27,184 nt of DNA from Candidatus Eiseniibacteriota bacterium. GTDB taxonomy: Bacteria > Eisenbacteria > RBG-16-71-46 > DASYSL01. A model generated the notes under the pieces. It was not told where the DNA came from. It made no database searches and saw only the letters and a program-made list of their open reading frames with translations. The stretch is from assembly GCA_046598045.1 (NCBI GenBank), contig JBKJJJ010000076.1, positions 1-27,184 on the forward strand, written 5' to 3'. Of this stretch, positions 1-7,481 are shown in pieces. Position numbers and translations under genes: made by a program. The first letter of the stretch is position 1. Each line of letters begins with the position of its first letter.

Positions 1-783
1 GCCGGCGAGCCGCTCGTGCTCGCCGGCGTGTCGGGCGCGATCGACGAGGCGCACTGGCGCGCGGGCGCGCTCGTCGGCGGCCGGCACGACGTGTACGGCA
101 CGGGCGACGGCGGCTCCACGACGCTGCTGCGCGACGCCGCGCTGTGGCGCCGCTCGGCGCTCGACGCGGTCGGCGGGTTCGACCCCTGGTTGCCTTCCGA
201 GGACGACGCCGAACTCGGCGCGCGCGTCGTGTCGGCGGGCTTCGGCCTCGGGACGCTCGGTCGCGCGGTCGCGGTGCGGCACGGGATCGCGCGCGATTCG
301 TTCGGCGATGTGCGCGCGTTCCTGGGCGGCGGCCGCATGAGCGGGCCGGGCATGGTGCTGCGGCGCGCGCGTGGAACCATGGCGTTCCCGCGGCACATCG
401 CGCGCTATCGCGCAGCGTTGCTGCTCCTCCTGTGGGTGGTGGCCGGCGCGGTCACCGCGGTTGTCGCGCGCGACTTCGGGCCGGTCATGGTGTGGTTGTG
501 GGCGTCGCTCGGGTTGCTCATGTTCTTCGCCGTGCTGAGGCAGAGCCTGCCGCGCGCGTTCTGGCGAGGTGCGCGGGCGTTCCTGGTCGCAATCAGTGTC
601 GTGCGCGCGCTCGCGTTGCCCATCGGGCTGCCGCGCCTGGGCGTGGCGCCACGGCCGATCGCGCCGCCGCGCGAAGCCGGAGTCGACGAGACGGGCGCCG
701 CGCGCGCCGCCGGGGCCGGCATTCCGTTCCGCTCGGCGCCACGCGACGTCGACGATCCGCCGCCGCTCGTGCCGGGCCGGTAG
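1..783 (+). CDS. Glycosyltransferase family 2 with C-terminal transmembrane helices (5'-truncated by the window edge)
   Basis: Frame is open from base 1. GT2 C-terminal motif ALWRRSALDAVGGFDPWLPSEDDAELGARV, then about 3 hydrophobic segments. Paralogous to the next gene. Confidence 0.8.
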   Translation, partial: AGEPLVLAGVSGAIDEAHWRAGALVGGRHDVYGTGDGGSTTLLRDAALWRRSALDAVGGFDPWLPSEDDAELGARVVSAGFGLGTLGRAVAVRHGIARDSFGDVRAFLGGGRMSGPGMVLRRARGTMAFPRHIARYRAALLLLLWVVAGAVTAVVARDFGPVMVWLWASLGLLMFFAVLRQSLPRAFWRGARAFLVAISVVRALALPIGLPRLGVAPRPIAPPREAGVDETGAARAAGAGIPFRSAPRDVDDPPPLVPGR

Positions 784-797
784 GGCCGGGCATTCGC

Positions 798-1766
798 GTG
801 AGCGCCGGACTGCGCACGGTGATCGTGGCCTGGGGCGGCGCCGAGCGCCTCGGACCGGTGCTCGACGCGATCGAGCGCGCCGGGGCGCCGTACGCGGGCG
901 AGATCGTGGTCGTGGGCCGCGCGGGCGATCCGCTGCTCGACCCGTGCGCGGCGCGAGCGACGGTGCTCGCGCCCGATCCGTCCGTGCCGAACACGCCCGG
1001 AGCGCACCGGAACCTCGGCGCGCGGGGGGCAGCGGCGGAGTGGATCCTGTTCGCTGACGGTGACGTGATCGTCGAGCCCGCGTTCGTCGCCGAGGCGATC
1101 GCGCTCCTGATGGCGCGGCCCGAGGTCGCGGGTGTGGGCGGGCGGATTCACGAACGCCAGTGGCAGGGCGATCGCCTCGTGCGCGAGGTCCCCGATCTGC
1201 ACCGGAGCGGCGCGGGCGGCCCGGTGGAGATGCTCGCCGCCGCCTGGGTCGCGCGCCGCACGGCGTTCGAGGCGGTGCACGGGTTCGATGCGCGGCTGCC
1301 GGCCGAGGAGGACAGGGAGCTGTGCGTGCGCCTCGTGGCAAGGGGCGGTGCGCTGGTCGCGCTCGACCAGCGAGCGGCGTATCACGATTGCGCGCCGCGG
1401 CCGAGCTGGGCGGAGATCAGGCGGCGCTTCGGCTCAGGCCTGTTCGCGGGGCAGGGACTCCTGCTGCGCTACTCGTGGGGCACGCCGTTCTTCGCGCGGC
1501 ACCTGTGGCGGCAGCGCTTGTTCCTCGCCACGCTCCTCTACGCCGCGCTCGGCGTCGCGCTTGCGTGGTGGGTGATCCTCTGGCGCGCCCCCCGGGCGCA
1601 GGCGGTGTTCACGGGCTGGGAGGTCTCGGTGCTCGTGCTCTGGTTGCTGATGTCGGTGCGCAAGCGGAGCCTCTCGCTCGGCGGGCTCGCGATCATGACC
1701 TGGCTCGCGCTCGGCCTCGGCATCGTGCGCGCGTGGGTGACCGGCAACCCGGGACGGGCCACGTGA
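798..1766 (+). CDS. Glycosyltransferase family 2 (322 aa) with C-terminal membrane helices
   Basis: GTG at 798 is in the 144..1766 frame. Motifs HRNLGARGA, WILFADGD (DxD) and GFDARLPAEEDRELCVRL; hydrophobic C-terminus. Confidence 0.85.
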   Translation: MSAGLRTVIVAWGGAERLGPVLDAIERAGAPYAGEIVVVGRAGDPLLDPCAARATVLAPDPSVPNTPGAHRNLGARGAAAEWILFADGDVIVEPAFVAEAIALLMARPEVAGVGGRIHERQWQGDRLVREVPDLHRSGAGGPVEMLAAAWVARRTAFEAVHGFDARLPAEEDRELCVRLVARGGALVALDQRAAYHDCAPRPSWAEIRRRFGSGLFAGQGLLLRYSWGTPFFARHLWRQRLFLATLLYAALGVALAWWVILWRAPRAQAVFTGWEVSVLVLWLLMSVRKRSLSLGGLAIMTWLALGLGIVRAWVTGNPGRAT

Positions 1767-2953
1767 GGCTCCAGGGCGTGGTGGACAACAACGTGTACCC
1801 GCCGCGCATGGGCGTGACCGCGCGCGTGTGGAACCTCTACCGCGGGCTCGCCCGCCGCGGTGAGGTCGACTCGGTGCGGGTCGTCGCCACGCTCAAGTCA
1901 CGCGAGCGGGCTGCGGCGCGCGAAGAACGGGAGGGAGTCTCGATCGTGCGCGTCAAGCCCTGGCACCCGACGCTGTTCGCGTGGCTCGAGCGCGCGGGCG
2001 TGGCGCCGTTGTCCCTCGTCGCCGAGGGGCATCGCCGCCTGCCCGGCCTGGTCACGCGCGCATTCGACCCGCAGGCGGACGTGCTCGAGGTGGACTCACT
2101 CAACCTCACGCCGCTGCTCGCGCACGCGCGCCCCGGAGCGCTCAAGGTCTACGGCGCGCAGAACGTCGAAGCCGAGTGGTTCGAGCGCGTCGGGCTCGGA
2201 GTCTCGCGGCGCGCGCGCTGGGTGCGTCAGCTCGAGGACTTGGAGCGCGCGGCGCTCGCGGCGGCCGACCTCGTGATCGCGGTCAGCGCGGAGGACAAGG
2301 CCACGTTCACGCTGCGCTACGACACCGAGCCCTCGAAGATCATGGTGATCGACAACGGCTTCGAGGCCGATCGCCTGCGCGCGCCCACGCCCGAGGAGAA
2401 GCGCGGCGCCCGCGCCGCGCTCGGCCTCGCACCCGGGGAGCAGGGCCTGCTGTTCCTGGGGACCGACTTCGCGCACAACCGGCTCGCCGTGCTCGACCTG
2501 TTCCGCTTCGTCGTCCCGGCGCTCGAGTCGCTGAACGCGCGCCTGTTCGTCGTCGGCGGCGTGAGCACGAGCTTCAAAGGCCGCGCCGCGAGCGAGGGCC
2601 TGGGGCGCGTGCGCGCGGTGCCCGAGCAGGCCGACCTCACGCCCTACCTGTGGGGCGCGGACGTGGGCCTCAACCCGATCACCACCGGTGCGGGTTCGAA
2701 CGTCAAACTGCCGACCTATCTCGCGGCGGGGCTCGACGTGGTCTCGACGCCGTTCGGCCTGCGCGGGTTCGATCGCCTGCGCCCGCTGGTCGCGATCGCC
2801 GAGGTCGACGCGTTCGCCGAGGAGCTGCGCGCGCCGCTGCCCTCGCACGCGGGCCGGGCGCAGGCGCTCGCGGGCTATGCCTGGCAGGCGCAGGCCGACC
2901 GGCTGTACGCCGCGTACGCCGCGCGCATCGCGGGCAAACCGGTGCCCGCGTGA
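1763..2953 (+). CDS. Glycosyltransferase family 4 (GT-B fold, 396 aa)
   Basis: GTGA overlap with the upstream stop. Motifs YPPRMG..RV, QNVE, ADLVIAVSAED, VIDNG and GAGSNVKL..YLAAGLDVVST. Confidence 0.85.
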   Translation: MRLQGVVDNNVYPPRMGVTARVWNLYRGLARRGEVDSVRVVATLKSRERAAAREEREGVSIVRVKPWHPTLFAWLERAGVAPLSLVAEGHRRLPGLVTRAFDPQADVLEVDSLNLTPLLAHARPGALKVYGAQNVEAEWFERVGLGVSRRARWVRQLEDLERAALAAADLVIAVSAEDKATFTLRYDTEPSKIMVIDNGFEADRLRAPTPEEKRGARAALGLAPGEQGLLFLGTDFAHNRLAVLDLFRFVVPALESLNARLFVVGGVSTSFKGRAASEGLGRVRAVPEQADLTPYLWGADVGLNPITTGAGSNVKLPTYLAAGLDVVSTPFGLRGFDRLRPLVAIAEVDAFAEELRAPLPSHAGRAQALAGYAWQAQADRLYAAYAARIAGKPVPA

Positions 2954-4203
2954 GGATCCTCATGGCGCACAAGTTCCACTGGGCGAAGGCCGGAGCCGAG
3001 GCCTACGTGCTGCGCCTGACGCGCCTGCTCGAGGACGCGGGGCACACCGTGATCCCGTTCGCCATGGAGCACCCGAACAACCTGCCGTCTCCGTATGCGA
3101 AGCACTTCGTCTCGCGCGTCGAGTTCCGCGGGCGGCGCAACCCGTTCACCGACCTGGGGCGCGCCGCGCGCGTGATCCACAGCTCCGAAGCGCGCGCGAA
3201 GCTTGCGCGGCTGTTGCGCGAGGAGCCGGTCGACGTCGCGCACCTGCACAACATCGCGCACCAGCTCTCGCCCTCGATCCTCGCGCCGCTCGCGAAGGCC
3301 GGCGTGCCGATCGTCCAGACCATGCACGACTACAAGCTGGTCTGCCCGGTCTACACGTTCCGTTCGCAGGGTGAGGTGTGCGAGCGCTGCAAGGGCGGGC
3401 GCTACTACGAGACCGTGCTCAGGCGCTGCAACGCCGGCTCGCTCCCACTCTCGCTCACGAGCGCGGCCGAGGCTTACGTCCACCGCCTGTTCGCCAGCTA
3501 CCGCCGCGTGCACGTGTTCCACTGCCCGAGCCTGTTCCTGATGGCGAAGCTGATCGAGCACGGCGTGGCGCGCGAGCGCATCGCGTTCGTCCCGCACTTC
3601 GTCGACGCCCAGGCGTACGCGCCCGCGTTCGGCGGGGGCCGCTACGCGCTGTTCGCCGGGCGCCTGTCCGAGGAGAAGGGTCTCGCCACGCTGTTCGAGG
3701 CGCACCGCCTTTCGCCGGGCCTCGAGTTGGTGATCGCCGGGGAGGGCCCGATGCGCGCCGCACTCGAGGCCCGCGTCACGCCCGAGCAACGCTCCCGCCT
3801 GACCTTCGCGGGCCACCTGTCGGGCGACGCCTACGACCAGGCGTGGGCCGGCGCGGCGTGTCTGGTGTTGCCGAGCGAGTGGTACGAGGTGCGCCCGATG
3901 GTGATCCACGAGGCGTGCGCGCGCGGCAAGGCCGTGGTCACGACGCGCCTGGGATCGATGCCCGAGATCGTCGAGGATGGCGTGACCGGGCTGCTCGTGC
4001 CGCCGGCGGACCCGGCCGCGCTCGGTGCCGCGATGGCCGCGCTCGTCGCCGACCCCGCGCGCGCGGAGGCGATGGGTCGCGCGGGGCGCGCGATGGTGAG
4101 CGCGCTCTACGATCCCGCGAGTCACCTGAAGGCGATGCTCGACGTCTACGCGCAGGCCGCGCGCCGCGCGGGCCGGCCGCTCCCCGAGGGGGTGGCCGCG
4201 TGA
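2950..4203 (+). CDS. Glycosyltransferase family 4 (417 aa) with a 4-Cys insert
   Basis: GTGA overlap. Motifs MRILMAHK, TMHDYKLVCP, FAGRLSEEKG, WYEVRPMVIHEA (E-x7-E) and PEIVEDGVTGLLV. Confidence 0.9.
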   Translation: MRILMAHKFHWAKAGAEAYVLRLTRLLEDAGHTVIPFAMEHPNNLPSPYAKHFVSRVEFRGRRNPFTDLGRAARVIHSSEARAKLARLLREEPVDVAHLHNIAHQLSPSILAPLAKAGVPIVQTMHDYKLVCPVYTFRSQGEVCERCKGGRYYETVLRRCNAGSLPLSLTSAAEAYVHRLFASYRRVHVFHCPSLFLMAKLIEHGVARERIAFVPHFVDAQAYAPAFGGGRYALFAGRLSEEKGLATLFEAHRLSPGLELVIAGEGPMRAALEARVTPEQRSRLTFAGHLSGDAYDQAWAGAACLVLPSEWYEVRPMVIHEACARGKAVVTTRLGSMPEIVEDGVTGLLVPPADPAALGAAMAALVADPARAEAMGRAGRAMVSALYDPASHLKAMLDVYAQAARRAGRPLPEGVAA

Positions 4204-5315
4204 AGATCGCGATGATCGGGCAGAAGGGCATCCCCGCGCTCTACGGCGGGATCGAGCGCCATGTGGAAGAGATCGCGCGCCGCCTCGCGCTGCGGGGGCA
4301 CGACGTGTCGGTCTACTGCCGCCTGCACTACACGCCCGCCGGCGGCCGCTACCACGGCGTGCAACTGGTGCGGCTGCCGAGCATCAACACCAAGCACCTC
4401 GACACCGCGACCCACGTCGCGGCCTCGACCGCGCACGCGATGATGCAGGACTACGACGTCGTGCACTTTCACGCGCTCGGGCCGTCCGTGTTCGCGGGGC
4501 TGCCCCGCCTGGCCGGCAAGCCCACGGTGGTCACCGTGCATGGGCTCGACTGGCAGCGCGAGAAGTGGGGGAAGGGCGCATCGTGGGCGCTCAAGCAGTG
4601 CGAGGGGCCGGCGGTGAACTTCCCGAACCGCACGATCGTGGTCTCGCGCACGCTCCAGAAGTACTTCGCCGAGCACCACCACAAGGCGACGGTCGCGATC
4701 CCGAACGGCACCGTGCTGCCCGAGCCGCGCGCCGCGCACCGGATCCTCAAGTTCGGGCTCGAAGCCCACAAGTACGTGCTGTTCGTCGGTCGGCTCGTGC
4801 CCGAGAAGGGCGTGCACTTCCTGTGCGAGGCGTTCTCGCGCCTCGACACCGACCTGACGCTCGCGCTCGTCGGCGGCTCCTCGGGCTCGGACGACTACGT
4901 CGCGCAGATCAAGAAGTTCGAGGGCCCGCGCGTGAAGATGCTCGACTACGTCTACGGCGAGGCGCTCGAGGAGCTGTGGTCGAACGCCTACTGCGTGGTC
5001 CAGCCCTCGACGCTCGAGGGCCTGTCGCTCGCGCTGCTCGAGGCGCTGAGCTACGGCCGTTGCGTGCTGATCTCGGACATCCCGGAGAACCTCGAGGTGA
5101 CCGAGGACAGCGCGTTCACGTTCAAGAACAGAGACATCGACGACCTGACGCGCCAGCTCGGTCGCCTGATCGCGGAGCCCGCCCTGGTGCGCACGTTCGA
5201 GGCGAAGGCGCGCGGCCACATCGCCGAGCACTACTCGTGGGACCGGGTCGTCGACGCCACCGAGGCGGTGTACGAGGAGTTGCTCGCGTCGCGCAAGCCC
5301 GGCGCCCGGAAGTGA
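4200..5315 (+). CDS. Glycosyltransferase family 4 (371 aa)
   Basis: GTGA overlap. Motifs MKIAMIGQKGIPALYGGIE, TVHGLDWQREKW, FVGRLVPEKG and EGLSLALLEA. Confidence 0.92.
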   Translation: MKIAMIGQKGIPALYGGIERHVEEIARRLALRGHDVSVYCRLHYTPAGGRYHGVQLVRLPSINTKHLDTATHVAASTAHAMMQDYDVVHFHALGPSVFAGLPRLAGKPTVVTVHGLDWQREKWGKGASWALKQCEGPAVNFPNRTIVVSRTLQKYFAEHHHKATVAIPNGTVLPEPRAAHRILKFGLEAHKYVLFVGRLVPEKGVHFLCEAFSRLDTDLTLALVGGSSGSDDYVAQIKKFEGPRVKMLDYVYGEALEELWSNAYCVVQPSTLEGLSLALLEALSYGRCVLISDIPENLEVTEDSAFTFKNRDIDDLTRQLGRLIAEPALVRTFEAKARGHIAEHYSWDRVVDATEAVYEELLASRKPGARK

Positions 5316-5734
5316 AACCCCGCGTCAGCGTCATCACGCTCGCGGTGGACGACCTCGAGCGCGCGCTGCGCTTCTATCGGGACGGTCTCGGACTCGCGAC
5401 GAAGGGAATCGTCGGGACCGGGTTCGACCACGGCGCGGTCGTGTTCTTCGACCTCGCGGGCGGGCTCAAGCTCGCGCTCTGGCCGCGCGCGAGCCTGGCG
5501 CACGAGACCGGTCTCCCGGCCGGGAGCCGCGGCGGGGCGGCGCACGCGCTCGCCCACAACGTAAGGGCGCGCGAGGAGGTCGACGCCGTGCTCGCACAGG
5601 CCGCGCGCGCCGGCGCGGCGTTCGTGAAACCCGCGCAGGACACCTTCTATGGCGGCTACGTCGGCTGGTTCCAGGACCCGGACGGGCACGTGTGGGAAGT
5701 CGCGTGGAACCCGAAGTGGCCGATCGAGGAGTGA
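5312..5734 (+). CDS. VOC (glyoxalase/bleomycin-resistance) family protein, 140 aa
   Basis: GTGA overlap. Motifs VITLAVDDLERALRFYRDGLG, LAHNV..REEVDAVL and KPAQDTFYGGY.GWFQDPDGHVWEVAWNP. Confidence 0.9.
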   Translation: MKPRVSVITLAVDDLERALRFYRDGLGLATKGIVGTGFDHGAVVFFDLAGGLKLALWPRASLAHETGLPAGSRGGAAHALAHNVRAREEVDAVLAQAARAGAAFVKPAQDTFYGGYVGWFQDPDGHVWEVAWNPKWPIEE

Positions 5735-5750
5735 GGCCGCGCCGCGCCGG

Positions 5751-5779
5751 TTGACAGCCGCAGGGCATCGGAGTACTGA
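5751..5779 (+). promoter_or_regulatory. Candidate sigma70 promoter for the membrane protein-M48-dodecin unit
   Basis: Perfect TTGACA (5751-5756), 17-bp spacer, TACTGA (5774-5779; imperfect -10). ATG lies 9 nt downstream. Confidence 0.5.
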
Positions 5780-5788
5780 ATTGAGGTC

Positions 5789-6286
5789 ATGGCCCCCGCT
5801 CCTCCGCACACCCGCCAACTCGTGGACTGGCGCGCCGCGCTCATCGCCGGCGTGGTCTCGGGCGTCGTGCTGCTCGCGCTCGAGATGTTCCTCATGGCGC
5901 GCGCGGTGGGCAGCCCGTGGGTGTTCCCGCGCCTCGTCGCCGCGATCGTGCTGGGCAAGGGTGTGCTCCCGCCGCCCGCGACGATCACGCCCGGGATCCT
6001 GCTCGCCGCGCTCGCGATCCACCTGCCGCTCTCGATCGGCTATGCCTGCCTGATCGCATTCGTGCTCCACCGCTGGGGCCTCCTCGTCGGCATCGTGGGC
6101 GGCGCAGCGCTCGGGCTCGCGCTCTACGCGATCAATTTCGGCACGACGTGGGCGATCTTCCCGTGGTTTGCGCCGATGAAGAGCTGGATCTCGCTGTGGG
6201 CGCACGTCGCGTTCGGCGCGGTCGCCGGCGGCACGTACGAGCTGCTCGAGGTCGAGCGCTTCGTGCCCGGGGACGCACGGAAGTGA
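5789..6286 (+). CDS. Hypothetical integral membrane protein (165 aa, about 4 TM helices)
   Basis: Fills the gap, stop overlaps the next start (GTGA), strongly hydrophobic. His residues in two helices (AIHLPLS, WAHVAFG). Confidence 0.8.
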   Translation: MAPAPPHTRQLVDWRAALIAGVVSGVVLLALEMFLMARAVGSPWVFPRLVAAIVLGKGVLPPPATITPGILLAALAIHLPLSIGYACLIAFVLHRWGLLVGIVGGAALGLALYAINFGTTWAIFPWFAPMKSWISLWAHVAFGAVAGGTYELLEVERFVPGDARK

Positions 6287-7143
6287 GCGGCCTGCCGCGC
6301 GGCCAGGCGGGCTACGGCGCGCGCCCGAACCGCGGCTTCGGCGGCGCGCGGCTCCTGATCGGGCTCGCCGTCGCCGGTTTCGCGCTGTTCAACTACCTCG
6401 GGCAGAAGACGGTCAACCCGACGACGGGCGAGACGCAGTACGTCGCGATCTCGCCGAAGCAGGAGATCGCGCTCGGGCTCCAGTCCGCGCCCGAGATGAT
6501 GCAACAGTACGGCGGCGCGAGCCAGGACGAGCGCGCGTCGGCGCTGGTCGAGGCGGTCGGGCAGAAGGTGGTCGCGCACTCGGACGCCGCGCGCTCGGGG
6601 TACGAGTTCCACTTCGTGCTGCTCGGCGACCCGAAGACCATCAATGCGTTCGCGCTCCCCGGCGGCCCCGTGTTCATGACCGAGGGCCTGCTCTCGAAGT
6701 TGACCACCGAGGGCCAGATCGCGGGCGTGCTCGGCCACGAGGTCGGCCACGTGATCGCCCGCCACGGCGCCCAGCATATCGCGCAGCAGCAACTGACGCA
6801 GGGTTTGACCGGTGCGCTCATCCTGTCGACCTACGATCCGAACAATCGCAACAGCGCGAACACGGCGCAGATGGCGCTCGTGGTCGCGGGCCTGGTCGGG
6901 CTGCGGTACGGCCGCCAGGACGAACTCCAGGCCGACCAGCTCGGCGTCAAGCTGATGTCCGAGGCGGGCTACGACCCACGCGCGATGTTGGGCCTGATGA
7001 AGGTCCTCGCCGAGTCGAGGCAGGGCGGCGCGCCGCCGGAGTTCTTCAGTACACACCCGAACCCGGAGCACCGCAGCGAACGCATCGCCGCGGAAATCCA
7101 GGCGCAATTCCCCGGGGGCGTGCCCGCCGGACTCACCCCCTGA
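6283..7143 (+). CDS. M48 family Zn-metallopeptidase (LoiP/BepA-like catalytic domain, 286 aa)
   Basis: INAFALPGG, HEVGH zinc motif, ELQADQLG, GYDPRAM and FFSTHP; N-terminal hydrophobic anchor. Confidence 0.92.
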   Translation: MSGLPRGQAGYGARPNRGFGGARLLIGLAVAGFALFNYLGQKTVNPTTGETQYVAISPKQEIALGLQSAPEMMQQYGGASQDERASALVEAVGQKVVAHSDAARSGYEFHFVLLGDPKTINAFALPGGPVFMTEGLLSKLTTEGQIAGVLGHEVGHVIARHGAQHIAQQQLTQGLTGALILSTYDPNNRNSANTAQMALVVAGLVGLRYGRQDELQADQLGVKLMSEAGYDPRAMLGLMKVLAESRQGGAPPEFFSTHPNPEHRSERIAAEIQAQFPGGVPAGLTP

Positions 7144-7166
7144 CCTCACCCCGCAAGGAGGGCAAC

Positions 7167-7370
7167 ATGCCTGTCGCCAAGATCACGGAAATCTCCTCGA
7201 CCTCGCCCAAGGGCTTCGACGAAGCGATCAAGGTCGGATTGCGCCGGGCTGAGAAGACTCTGCGCAACATCACGGGCGCGTGGGTCAAGTCGATGAAGGT
7301 CGACTACTCGAAGGGCAAGATCACCGATTACCGCGTCCTGTTGAAGGTGTCGTTCATCCTCAAGGACTAG
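7167..7370 (+). CDS. Dodecin family protein (67 aa)
   Basis: AAGGAG RBS. VAKITEI...S.KGFDEAI..G..RA.KTLRNI..AWV...YRV.LKVSF pattern. Confidence 0.9.
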   Translation: MPVAKITEISSTSPKGFDEAIKVGLRRAEKTLRNITGAWVKSMKVDYSKGKITDYRVLLKVSFILKD

Positions 7371-7390
7371 TTCCGTCAGGGATCGCGACA

Positions 7391-7430
7391 GGGAAGCTCC
7401 CGGGGTTTCATCGACCCCCGGGAGCTTTTC
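7391..7430 (+). terminator. Stem-loop, probable intrinsic terminator after the dodecin gene
   Basis: Perfect 12-bp inverted repeat AAGCTCCCGGGG (7394-7405)/CCCCGGGAGCTT (7416-7427), 10-nt loop, short T run. Confidence 0.65.
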
Positions 7431-7439
7431 GCGTAGTGT
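7411..7439 (+). promoter_or_regulatory. Candidate sigma70 promoter for the L,D-transpeptidase, embedded in the hairpin
   Basis: TCGACC (7411-7416), 17-bp spacer, TAGTGT (7434-7439). Confidence 0.4.
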
Positions 7440-7481
7440 AAGGGTTCACCGCCAAACTCCACCTTGAAGGAAGGAACACAC

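Noticed and set aside
5307..6286. CGGAAGTGA repeated at the ends of the third GT4 and the membrane protein, suggesting an insertion with target duplication
   Set aside because: Only 9 bp, explained by Arg-Lys-stop plus the GTGA overlap; no mobility genes.
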